A stretch of 55,799 nucleotides of DNA from the NCBI GenBank assembly GCA_964497245.1, contig CAZCCC010000002.1, positions 1 through 55,799 of the forward strand. Reading direction: 5' to 3'. Position 1 is the stretch's first letter. Every line of letters begins with the position of its first letter. The position numbers and the translations under genes were made by a program. The notes under the pieces are model-generated. The model was not told where the DNA came from and made no database searches. It saw only the letters and a list, made by a program, of their open reading frames with translations. Shown in pieces: positions 31,057-39,990 of the stretch. This stretch comes from an uncultured Gammaproteobacteria bacterium (GTDB lineage: Bacteria; Patescibacteriota; Patescibacteriia; Buchananbacterales; UBA6539).

Positions 31057-31887
31057 TTAGATGTTAATAGACTCTGCGTCAACAGCGAATTTAATGTTGT
31101 AATCTTGGTATTTTTTTTGTAATTTTATTAAATCACTGTTAGTACGATTATACTTATCTTCAATATGCACAAAAAACACAGCATTAGGATTCAAGGCTTT
31201 AATAATCCTTAAATTATCCCTATCAAATCCAGTAAACTGTCTAATCCTATGATTGGCTGGTAAAATCTTAGCACCCTTCACATTATCCTCAAAAAAACCC
31301 ATATTCATTACCAGTATGTCAATTTTTTGAAACTCTTTTTTTATTGGTAGATCCATAGAATGATCAGGGCAAAGCAAAACTTGCTTCTTGCCTTGTTTTA
31401 AATGGTAGGCAGAGAAAGTTGAATTATTCAATCTTACAGGTTTAATCAAGATATTTTTTATCTGTATTCCTTTTGGAGTTATTTTTTTAATCTTAATATA
31501 ACCCTTGGTTTCAAAATACCACAAACCAGGAACAAACTTTTTAAAATTATTAAAGTCGTAGGCTGGAATATGAATGTTAATTGGTTTTTTCTTCTTGGTA
31601 AAAAATTCGTTTTCTTGTAAACTCTCAACAATTCGAAACCCTAAAGTATGATCCGGGTGCCAGTGGGTGTAAAAAATATTTTCGATTTTTTCAATTTTAT
31701 TAAAATTCAAAGAATCATTAATATCTTCTGGGGTATCAATTAAAGTGCTGATCTCTTCGATAAATAAAGCCGGACCATGCCGTTTTAACGGCCAGCCTTT
31801 TCGTCGCGCTTGGTTACATATTTTACAGCGACAACCAGCTCTAGGGATAGGCAAAAAACCACCTGAACCTAATATTTTAATTTTCAT
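31057..31887 (-). CDS. MBL-fold metallo-hydrolase (PhnP-like)
   Basis: LGSGG...P..GCRCKIC (Zn site), LIDTPED, THWHPDHTLG and VHIE. Confidence 0.88.
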   Translation of the reverse strand: MKIKILGSGGFLPIPRAGCRCKICNQARRKGWPLKRHGPALFIEEISTLIDTPEDINDSLNFNKIEKIENIFYTHWHPDHTLGFRIVESLQENEFFTKKKKPINIHIPAYDFNNFKKFVPGLWYFETKGYIKIKKITPKGIQIKNILIKPVRLNNSTFSAYHLKQGKKQVLLCPDHSMDLPIKKEFQKIDILVMNMGFFEDNVKGAKILPANHRIRQFTGFDRDNLRIIKALNPNAVFFVHIEDKYNRTNSDLIKLQKKYQDYNIKFAVDAESINI

Positions 31888-31967
31888 ACTTAGTCAATTA
31901 ATAAATTTAATTAATTATATTAACAAATGAATATAAAACAAGTATAACAAAAAAGATAAAGAAAAAA

Positions 31968-31996
31968 AAGCTACCACAATCAGGATTGGGTAGCTT
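31968..31996 (-). terminator. Intrinsic terminator of the aaRS cassette
   Basis: AAGCTACC-A-CAATC-AG-GATTG-GGTAGCTT hairpin, followed on the minus strand by a T-run. Confidence 0.75.
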
Positions 31997-32018
31997 GGAA
32001 ATCTTAGACTAAAGAGCC

Positions 32019-32948
32019 TTACGGTAAAAGCTCACTCATAGTGGTTGGCCATTGAGCAGTGTCGAAACCGAACTGCGATAGAAAAACATACGCCATTCGG
32101 CCAAAACCCAAACCTTGGCACCCGCTCCATATATCAGCATTACTTTCAGTTTGCAGACCAAAACCATTGACTAACCGATCATGCGCGATATCGCCACCAC
32201 CTAGTTCTAGCCACTCACCAGTTGCTGGTATCCAGCCTTCAATATCAATGGTAGGAATTTCATCAATGCTGATGGCTTCGTCCAAGTAATGGCTATATTT
32301 TTCTGAGTGCTTGTGGCAACAAGAGGTTCCAACGACGAGGCGCCAATTCATGCCCAGCCGATTTAGCAGCTCTGTCATATGGCGAAGTGTCTGCCAGCGG
32401 ATATCTTTCACTTCTGCAGGGGAACCTAGAAAAACTAGTTCCGCGCCGCAAAACTCCAGGCCAGTGTGAAAACCATGATTGAAGCGCTCTGGTTTTTCGT
32501 TGCGGTATGTCCAACCTCCCAACACCTCGAAAATTTTCAGTGGTAGAAGATCATCTGAGATCTTGCCTTGGCTAAAATAATGGTAGAACGAGGTACACTG
32601 CAAAGGATCAAGCATCCTCGCCTCCAACGGGCGTTCTTCAAGTCGATGTGGCGTGACATCGAATAACTCTAACGGCAAGTTAGGCACAGCCAGCCAGCCA
32701 AATGATTCTAGGCTAGCGGTATGCTGCAAACGAGGAAATATCCATTCCTCGTAGCCGACAGCTGGAACGATATGTCGTCGCAAAGCCTCATGCAAAGCAC
32801 GTATCAGCCGCGCCATCGGTGCCAAGTAGATCCACTGGCCGGTACTGAATGGCTTAACCCAATTAAACCTTACTGCTTCTTCAGCGACATTACCGGTATA
32901 AGGAACCGATACGTCTTCATGCTTTAGCACTTGTCCAACATTAAACAT
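32019..32948 (-). CDS. Stand-alone class II aaRS catalytic domain homologous to methanogen-type (atypical, Zn) SerRS; possible amino acid ligase
   Basis: WVKPFSTGQW, FPRL, PLQCTSFYHYF, LPLKIFE..GGWTYRNE (motif 2), WSGCQGLGFGR (motif 3) and FLSQFGFD..QWP. No N-terminal tRNA-binding domain. Confidence 0.8.
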   Translation of the reverse strand: MFNVGQVLKHEDVSVPYTGNVAEEAVRFNWVKPFSTGQWIYLAPMARLIRALHEALRRHIVPAVGYEEWIFPRLQHTASLESFGWLAVPNLPLELFDVTPHRLEERPLEARMLDPLQCTSFYHYFSQGKISDDLLPLKIFEVLGGWTYRNEKPERFNHGFHTGLEFCGAELVFLGSPAEVKDIRWQTLRHMTELLNRLGMNWRLVVGTSCCHKHSEKYSHYLDEAISIDEIPTIDIEGWIPATGEWLELGGGDIAHDRLVNGFGLQTESNADIWSGCQGLGFGRMAYVFLSQFGFDTAQWPTTMSELLP

Positions 32949-32962
32949 AACGTTACTCCTTT

Positions 32963-34279
32963 CTACGGCGTCACCCGGCTCATTGTCCGGGGAAATAGTG
33001 CCGCTTCTTTGATGCTTGACAGACCAAGAAGCTGCATAGTCAGCCGCTCCAGGCCAAGTCCCAATCCACCATGTGGAGGCATACCGTGCTTGTGAATCTG
33101 TAAATAGGGCTCAAACTCGGACGGGTCATACCCAAAACGCCGAAGCTTTTCGACCTGCATGGCGAAATCGTGAATTCGTTGCCCACCGGTGGTAACTTCG
33201 AGTCCCCGAAACAGCAAGTCAAAACTCAAAGTGACTGCCACGTCCTCGGGATCTTCCATCGCATACATCGGACGCTTAGCCGTCGGATAGTGCGTGACAA
33301 ATACGAACTCGCTGCCTGTTTCGGCCAATACGTGTTCACAAATAATCTTCTCGCTCTTGCCATCCAGGTCATTCCTGTCCAAAATCTCATGCTCGCGCCC
33401 GACGATCTCCAAGGCCTCGGACATCCGCAGAGCGGGAATCTCGCCAATCCTAGGTACAACGACGTCGATCAATTCCAATTCTGCAGCACAAATTTCCGTC
33501 AGTCGAGTGAAAACGTAGTTGAGCAAATACGTCTCAACTTGCATCACATCTTCAAATCCAACAATCGGCCCCATCTCGAAGTCCATCGAAGTGTATTCGT
33601 TGAGATGCCTGGCGGTTTCATGAGGTTCGGCCCGGAAAACCGGTCCGACTTCAAAGACCCGTCCGAACACGCCGACCATCATCTGCTTATAAAACTGGGG
33701 CGACTGTGCCAAAACCAACTGTTTGCCGAAGTAATCAATCTTGAAAACGTTGGCACCGCCTTCTGCTCCGGCAAAAACCAATTTCGGCGTATGGATTTCG
33801 GTAAATCCGACCCGAATCAATCCCTCCCGAAACAGCTGGCCTATTACCGCTTGAATGGTGAAAATCGCCTGCTGCCCGGGATGGCGAAGACTAATGGGAC
33901 GATGATCAAGGTTGGTATCAAGGCTAGCTTTGAGGATCTTGCGATTGATGCTAAACGGCATCTCTTCGGACGGCCTCGAAAGAACCTCGACACTTTCCAA
34001 CTCAATCTCTGCCCCATGGGGAGCGCGTTCTTCCTTTCGACATATGCCGGTGGCAGAAATGTAGTTGCCTTCGGTATACGACTCAGTCGCGATTGAGGTG
34101 TTTTCGGACTCGACCTTGCACTGAATCAGCGACCTGCCATCACGAATGACGACAAAACATAAGCCTCCGAATTGACGGACTTTATGAACGGCGCCACTGA
34201 TAGTCATCCTTTCACCATCGTGTCGCGCTAGTTCTTGAGCATTGATACCCAGATGCGATTCTGCAATAATCCTTCTCAT
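32963..34279 (-). CDS. aspS: Aspartate--tRNA(Asp/Asn) ligase, archaeal-type, non-discriminating
   Basis: OB-fold, AEGGANVF, LAQSPQFYKQ, FRAEPHETARHLNEY, GGQRIH and PPHGGLGLGLERL. No bacterial GAD insert. His in AVHKVR and Pro in RAPHG match non-discriminating determinants. ATG 34279 overlaps the upstream stop (ATGA). Confidence 0.93.
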   Translation of the reverse strand: MRRIIAESHLGINAQELARHDGERMTISGAVHKVRQFGGLCFVVIRDGRSLIQCKVESENTSIATESYTEGNYISATGICRKEERAPHGAEIELESVEVLSRPSEEMPFSINRKILKASLDTNLDHRPISLRHPGQQAIFTIQAVIGQLFREGLIRVGFTEIHTPKLVFAGAEGGANVFKIDYFGKQLVLAQSPQFYKQMMVGVFGRVFEVGPVFRAEPHETARHLNEYTSMDFEMGPIVGFEDVMQVETYLLNYVFTRLTEICAAELELIDVVVPRIGEIPALRMSEALEIVGREHEILDRNDLDGKSEKIICEHVLAETGSEFVFVTHYPTAKRPMYAMEDPEDVAVTLSFDLLFRGLEVTTGGQRIHDFAMQVEKLRRFGYDPSEFEPYLQIHKHGMPPHGGLGLGLERLTMQLLGLSSIKEAALFPRTMSRVTP

Positions 34280-34548
34280 GACGCTTCCTCCTGTTCTTGC
34301 CTTGCTATCGTAGCCTGGCATGGGTTGGTTGAAGAAATAATCATCTCGTACTCCTTAGGGTAGTCTCGCCGTAATACGGCAAGCCAACGACCGGCTTTTG
34401 CCAAGTCGTCATTTCCGGTTTCCGCCAAGACAATGGTATAAGCCGCAGTCGTACTGTTGCTTTGTTGAACCAAATGGATCAGCTCAAATTTGTCCAACAC
34501 AGGCTTGCACCGTGCCTTGACTTCGGATACTGAACGTCCTGTAGTCAT
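34276..34548 (-). CDS. Hypothetical 90-aa protein, first gene of the aaRS cassette
   Basis: AAGGAGGT SD upstream and ATGA coupling to aspS. Confidence 0.8.
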   Translation of the reverse strand: MTTGRSVSEVKARCKPVLDKFELIHLVQQSNSTTAAYTIVLAETGNDDLAKAGRWLAVLRRDYPKEYEMIISSTNPCQATIARQEQEEAS

Positions 34549-34608
34549 AGCGTGGTTACCTCCTTATTTGGTTGTAGTGTACATTGCAAAGGCTTTTGCC
34601 TTCAAATT

Positions 34609-34637
34609 AAAATATCACTAATTGATGACCATGTCAA
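34609..34637 (-). promoter_or_regulatory. Sigma70-type promoter of the aaRS cassette
   Basis: Minus strand reads TTGACA, 17 nt, TATTTT, with an extended TG. Confidence 0.65.
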
Positions 34638-34729
34638 TAGTATACAGAAGAATGTAAAGAAGAAGTAGTATACAGAATTAACAAAAAAACACCAAAAATG
34701 GCGCCATGTCGATTGATTCAATTATACTT

Positions 34730-35722
34730 TTATTTGCTTGTGATGGCAATAATTTTATTAATATAATTTTTATTTATTTTTGTAGATAATTTCGTATTAT
34801 TTAACCCTTCATCTGTCATTTGAATCCATGACATAAAATAGTATAATTTAAATAAATCCTTTAATTCATTAAAACTTTTGTCTACTTTTTTAAATTTTAA
34901 GTAACCATCCCAAAAACTATTAGAAATAGAGTCGATAGAGTAATTTGCTCCAATCTCCAATCCTGCTAATACGAATCTTTGATCTGTAAATCTATAATCT
35001 TCCAAATCAATATGACCATTAAAAACCCATTTACTATCTATGTAATTTACCATTCCTTGTATACCGTCAACATGAGAAAATACATATTCTTTTGGATCAG
35101 TCCATTTATTTTTTTTATTTAAAATAAAAATATCAATTTTTTTTGCACCTTCTTTTGATAAATATTTATTATTAATTAAATGATAAAATCTGATCTCTAA
35201 GGCTAAAAAGAAACTGCTTTTCTATTCAGTTAAATATGGAATTTTTTGATTAGCCCAACCATCATAATATCTTGTTATCCTATTTAGTTTCCCAAATTCC
35301 ATTCCAGACAATTTCAAAAGTTCATCTTTATTTGGATAATTATTTAGAACTAAATGTTCTCTCAGAGAAAAACCTTCCAACTTAGAAATTAATTGATAAA
35401 AATAAGGAATATCTTCCGTCGGTAACCCACTCGACAGAAGTTTATAAGTTTTAATATTATTATTAATCAGTAAATTAAATGAGCTCTTAAAACTATCTGA
35501 CCTTCCACCATAAACTCTTTGCTCAGGTTTTTCTAGCTGTAAAGAATCTGCCCCTATCTTTTTAGATAATTTAATAATAAACTTTTTAATTTTAGATCCT
35601 AAATTAACATCAATAATATAAACAAATCCACTATGGCCTCCTTTTACTTCATGGGATTTTAAAAACTCACCATGTAGTTTTTCTTTTACTATTTGACTTA
35701 TACAAGTGTCATGTTTATTCAT
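34730..35722 (-). pseudogene. APH/choline-kinase-like phosphotransferase interrupted by one in-frame TAG (35222-35224)
   Basis: The two track ORFs share a frame: ...IPYLTE*KSSFFLALEIRF...VFSHVDGIQGMVNY...GHIDLED. G-rich loop GGHSGFVY, IIK lysine, HxD and DxE motifs. Confidence 0.8.
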
Positions 35723-35774
35723 ATATTTATTATTATAACATATACTTAAAAATATGCATACAAATTGTATATAA

Positions 35775-35960
35775 CTACCATAAAAAAAGCCAGCTAATCA
35801 TTAAAAATAGCTGTCTGTTTGAGTTAGGTAAAGTACGTATATAATTTTTATAATCAAAACCTTCCTTTTTTAATATTAAACTATATAACTCAGAAAGAAA
35901 TTCATCTTCTTCAAAGTGAATTATTTTTCTTTTCTCGATCTCTTTTAATAATTTCATCAA
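35775..35960 (-). pseudogene. Truncated receiver-domain gene
   Basis: KIIHFEEDEFLSELYSLILKKEGFDY resembles a receiver N-terminus. The ORF runs into a CAGCTA/TAGCTG hairpin and T-run before reaching a phosphoacceptor Asp. Confidence 0.55.
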
Positions 35961-36354
35961 TTGCTTCCATCACTTCTCTGGGTGTACAGTCTCGTTTGAA
36001 AATATAAGCCACCGCGCCCATCTCTTGGCTTCTCACTCGGTCTCGGTGTGTATCAAGATTGGTAAAAATTACAATCGGGATATCCTTGGTTTTGGGATTC
36101 TTTTTTACCGCCTCCAAATATTCCCAGCCCTGTTCGGCAATGGTATTTTCCGGCTTGGGAATAATGATATCAAGCAAGACCAAATCGGGCTGTTCAAATT
36201 CAGTAACATACAGAGCTTCTTCAATATTGGCAGTTGATAAAAAATCATAACCATTACTCAGTAAAAAATCATGGTAAATGTCAACCAAACCCTGTTCGTC
36301 TTCAACCAAAAGGATTCGGCCTTTGTCTGATTTCATAATATTTGTAGATTTCAT
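35911..36354 (-). CDS. Single-domain response regulator
   Basis: ILLVEDE, PDLVLLDIIIP, FTN and YIFK. Confidence 0.92.
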   Translation of the reverse strand: MKSTNIMKSDKGRILLVEDEQGLVDIYHDFLLSNGYDFLSTANIEEALYVTEFEQPDLVLLDIIIPKPENTIAEQGWEYLEAVKKNPKTKDIPIVIFTNLDTHRDRVRSQEMGAVAYIFKRDCTPREVMEAIDEIIKRDREKKNNSL

Positions 36355-36371
36355 ATTAATTTTGAAATTAA

Positions 36372-38675
36372 TTAATCTTGGTTAAATATGACAATCTTTT
36401 TTTCTCTGGTAACCGGCTTTTCTTGTCCCGTGGCTGTCTGCTGGTTTTTGTAGACAGGAAGAGTGAAGCTGAAAGTTGAGCCTTTGCCTATGCCTTCGCT
36501 GAAACAGGATATTTCCCCGTTGTTTCCTTCAACGATTTTTTTGGCGATAAACAGTCCAAGCCCGGAACCGTCCGGCCGAAGGTCGGTGGCGTTTTGACCG
36601 CGGGAAAATTTTTGAAACAGTTTTTTCTTGCCTTCTTCGGATATGCCCACACCTGTATCTTTAATATTGATTTTCAAATAATCTTTGCCAACCATTTCAT
36701 AAGAAAGAGTGACTGCGCCTTTGCGGGTATAATAAACGGCATTATCTAAAAGGTTGGAAATAACATGAGCGGTTTTTTTGTAGTCACACCAGACAAGGGG
36801 TATGTTTCCACCAGAGGCGGATCCGCCTTTGGTGGAAAAATCAGGCTTTTTAACCGACACTTCCAAATTTCTTTCCTGAGCCAATTGCAATTTCTGCTTT
36901 TCGGGAATCAAACGGTTGACGATTTCCGTAATATCGGTTTTTTGCGGATCCATTTCCATTCTTTCGCCTTCTAGTTCATAGGCATCCCAAAAATCGGATA
37001 CTGTTGAACTAATCCTTTCCAACCCGCCCTTAATTGACTTTATTGCTTTTTCTTTTGGGTAGGAGTCTTCTTCCAGCATGGAAAAATATCCTTTCATTAC
37101 CGATAACGGCGTATTTAATTGATGGTTGACTACCCGCAAAAAATCAGTTTTCATATTAAGCAATTCTTGCAGGTATTTATTTTTTTCTTCAATGTCTTTG
37201 CTTTGGGATTTTATTTCTTTGGTCTGACCGTCAACCTTTTGCTTTAAAGTCTTGTTAAAATCCTGGACCTCCTTATACAGCTTGGCATTGTCAATGGCAA
37301 TGCCGGCTTGATATGATAATGTGCTTAAAAGTTCCAAATCTTCTTTAGTATAGGCATCACCGGAAATTTTTGCACCCAAAACAATAATACCAATCAGCTT
37401 ATTATTGCTTAAAAGCGGAAGACATAAAGATGCTTCAATATGCTCCATGTGATTATAAAGGTTTTTAAATCCCATCTGATCCTTTTTTATTTTGGCGTCA
37501 CGGGCAATTAAAAAAAGTTCATCGCGAACCATTGGTTTTTGATTTTTCTGCAAATATTGAGTCAAAAAATTATCCTGGACCAAACTGATTCCATTCTGCT
37601 CATTGAATCCAATAACCTTGGCAATTTGATAATGAACCGGCTTTTTGTCCGAATTCACCAAGAGTACTCCGGTACGGTTAAGGTTCATCGTCTCTTTAAT
37701 ACTACCAACAATGGAATCAATTATTTTATCCAGGTCAGTATAATAATTAAGCTCCTTGGTCAGCTTATTGATGGTTTCCTGATAGTTGTACAGGCTGGTA
37801 AAAAAATACTTATTAGAAAAATTCTTCAACAACTTGCCTAGCTGGTAAAACGCGACGACAAATAGCGGCGCGATAATTATTCCAGCCAGATAGCTTGTCT
37901 GATTGAATACTCCACCAAACATTTCTTCATAGCTCCAAACAATAAAATAAAATGCCCCATAAGTAAATAGGGCCACTCCGAAATAGGTAAAAATTCTCCT
38001 AGCTACAATTCTAATATCCATCAGGCGATAGCGAAAAATTGCGTAAGCGACGATAAATGGCGAAAAAGAAATAGTGATATTCAAGAAAGGATAAAGGTCG
38101 AACTTATAGACGGGCAGAAAAGCAAAGAAGCCACCAGAAAATCCAATAACCGTAGCGACCAATATATACTTTATTTGATCTTTGCCTACGCCTTTGCTCT
38201 TTTTGAATGCCAGCCAAAGCAAGATGTGGCAATAGATTACCAGCGAAATAAAAAATATCAAAAACAATGAATAAAGCGAGGTGGGTGGCGAAAGGTAATA
38301 AAACTGACCAAAGACAAACCTGACCTGATCAATAAAGAAATCGGTAAACAGATTGGCTAATAAGAAAAGAAATCCAAGAGAGTATATCATCCAGATCAGC
38401 TGCTTTCTAGATATATCCAATAACTTATGAATGAAATGAGTCAATAATATTGGAATAAATATGACTCCAATATAAGAAACCTTCCACCAAAAAATTGCTT
38501 TCTGTGGATCAGTAATAGTAGCTATCCTGAAACCACCAAATCCCCATAAGGCAACGGAAAAAGAAAACAGAGCCCATATGTAATGAAGACTCTTTTTTGC
38601 TCTAAAAAGTGTAAGTAATCCCAAAATAAAACAAGGTACTCCGATTAATAATCCTGATATCGCAAATAGATTCAT
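36372..38675 (-). CDS. Sensor histidine kinase (multi-TM N-terminus, GAF, HisKA, HATPase)
   Basis: H-box VNHQLNTPL, N-box NLLDNAVYY, DTGVGI, GSGLGLFI and GSTFSF. Confidence 0.95.
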   Translation of the reverse strand: MNLFAISGLLIGVPCFILGLLTLFRAKKSLHYIWALFSFSVALWGFGGFRIATITDPQKAIFWWKVSYIGVIFIPILLTHFIHKLLDISRKQLIWMIYSLGFLFLLANLFTDFFIDQVRFVFGQFYYLSPPTSLYSLFLIFFISLVIYCHILLWLAFKKSKGVGKDQIKYILVATVIGFSGGFFAFLPVYKFDLYPFLNITISFSPFIVAYAIFRYRLMDIRIVARRIFTYFGVALFTYGAFYFIVWSYEEMFGGVFNQTSYLAGIIIAPLFVVAFYQLGKLLKNFSNKYFFTSLYNYQETINKLTKELNYYTDLDKIIDSIVGSIKETMNLNRTGVLLVNSDKKPVHYQIAKVIGFNEQNGISLVQDNFLTQYLQKNQKPMVRDELFLIARDAKIKKDQMGFKNLYNHMEHIEASLCLPLLSNNKLIGIIVLGAKISGDAYTKEDLELLSTLSYQAGIAIDNAKLYKEVQDFNKTLKQKVDGQTKEIKSQSKDIEEKNKYLQELLNMKTDFLRVVNHQLNTPLSVMKGYFSMLEEDSYPKEKAIKSIKGGLERISSTVSDFWDAYELEGERMEMDPQKTDITEIVNRLIPEKQKLQLAQERNLEVSVKKPDFSTKGGSASGGNIPLVWCDYKKTAHVISNLLDNAVYYTRKGAVTLSYEMVGKDYLKINIKDTGVGISEEGKKKLFQKFSRGQNATDLRPDGSGLGLFIAKKIVEGNNGEISCFSEGIGKGSTFSFTLPVYKNQQTATGQEKPVTREKKIVIFNQD
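36805..36838. repeat. 34-bp palindrome inserted in-frame in the histidine kinase
   Basis: TTTCCACCAGAGGCGGA|TCCGCCTTTGGTGGAAA with one mismatch. Encodes FSTKGGSASGGN. Confidence 0.9.
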
Positions 38676-38730
38676 AGTTTTGGGAAATTAATTATTTCCC
38701 CTTTATTTTACCATTCTTTAGACAATAAAG

Positions 38731-38760
38731 AAAACCCGTCCGAAACTCAATCCGGACGGG
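38731..38760 (-). terminator. Intrinsic terminator after the methyltransferase
   Basis: 8-bp stem CCCGTCCG/CGGACGGG, followed by TTTTCTTT on the minus strand. Confidence 0.75.
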
Positions 38761-38786
38761 GTAGTGTTTGATATTTAACATGCCTG

Positions 38787-39872
38787 TCAAATTAGGGAAA
38801 GAATATCCCTTCTCCGTTCGGCTTCTTCGGAGCTGATATGTTCTTTTCGAACTACAATTTCGCACACTGGCGAAAGTGGCAGGCGGAGCCACCAGGGCTC
38901 GATCTGAAAATTACGGCGTACTACACTAAACCCCCAGTTCTGCTCGTGTTCGTCGGTATAGGTTATGAAAGGAAGCTGCCAGAAATCCATGGTCGGATCC
39001 TTCCAGCCCCACAGGATCCCTAAGGCAATCGGCACCGTCGACCAGTACCATGTCGCTTGCGCAAATCTCATCATCGGAAATGCCCTCTTGCTCCACGAAC
39101 GATCGTCAACATATCCAGGTATCGGACAATGCATGTCGCTGACAAACAGCTGTCCGCCTTCCTTCAAAACCCGAAGTATCTGCTCAAAAGCCTTTATCGA
39201 ATCCTTGATCCCGCCGATGCCACACATAATGGTAGCGGCATCAAACGTCCCATGATCAAACCGAACCGCTTCGTCTGGATCAACTTGACCATTACCATCA
39301 ACCAAGTTGGTAGCGTCAGAACAACTGAATTCGATCTGTGCACCTGCGGGAAAAATCCTGGATTTTGCACCAGTAAGCATTCTTTTACACAAGTCTATTC
39401 CCATAATCATGACACGATTAGACAAGCCGGCACGACTTACTTTATTGGAAATATACCACGCGGTAAGCCCCGTACCCGAACAAACGTCCAATACTTTAAA
39501 CATGCGGTTACTGCCATTGATTACGTCAATAACGAATTCGGCGGCATGTTTACGCCAAACAGTATCCCACCAATAGGTAGTTAAGTGGTGCTTAATGTCA
39601 TACCATGCCGCCTCCTTGTCATAGACCCGCAGGATTTCCTGGGCATCAAGTTCGCCCAAAGGCTCCTTGCGGGGACGCAAGATGAGGTAGAATGGAATAC
39701 GCAGAAACCACTGACAAAATTTCAACCACAGCCAGATGACTGACCCACATTTGAAGGCCACTTCCTTGAATAAAAATGGCGGAAGGTCCGAAGTCGTAAC
39801 TCCCAGTTCATTAAGTTTTTTGCCTACTGTTCCATCATCCGGAATATAAGGTGGACGAAGTATGTGTTTCAT
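38787..39872 (-). CDS. UbiE/MenG-like class I SAM-dependent methyltransferase with a hydrophobic N-terminal extension
   Basis: YDIKHHLTT.W.D.VWRK, VLDVCSGTG, GIDLCKRML and RVLKEGG. Confidence 0.85.
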   Translation of the reverse strand: MKHILRPPYIPDDGTVGKKLNELGVTTSDLPPFLFKEVAFKCGSVIWLWLKFCQWFLRIPFYLILRPRKEPLGELDAQEILRVYDKEAAWYDIKHHLTTYWWDTVWRKHAAEFVIDVINGSNRMFKVLDVCSGTGLTAWYISNKVSRAGLSNRVMIMGIDLCKRMLTGAKSRIFPAGAQIEFSCSDATNLVDGNGQVDPDEAVRFDHGTFDAATIMCGIGGIKDSIKAFEQILRVLKEGGQLFVSDMHCPIPGYVDDRSWSKRAFPMMRFAQATWYWSTVPIALGILWGWKDPTMDFWQLPFITYTDEHEQNWGFSVVRRNFQIEPWWLRLPLSPVCEIVVRKEHISSEEAERRRDILSLI

Positions 39873-39916
39873 TTCTTCTTATCCTTTCTGTTGTTGCCAA
39901 CCTTGTTGTCAATCAT
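39869..39916 (-). CDS. Possible 15-aa leader peptide MIDNKVGNNRKDKKK
   Basis: AGGAGG SD 6 nt upstream. Its TGA overlaps the methyltransferase ATG. Confidence 0.4.
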   Translation of the reverse strand: MIDNKVGNNRKDKKK

Positions 39917-39990
39917 TGGAAACCTCCTAATCTCTGCTATTGCAAAGACATTTTATATTAGCATAAATAAGCAAAAAAGACACCCGCCCA

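Noticed and set aside
32019-32948. Calling this gene the housekeeping serS
   Set aside because: It lacks any tRNA-binding domain and has altered serine-pocket residues.
33170-34096. 308-aa plus-strand ORF antisense to aspS
   Set aside because: Shadow of a conserved gene in higher-GC DNA, with no recognisable motifs.
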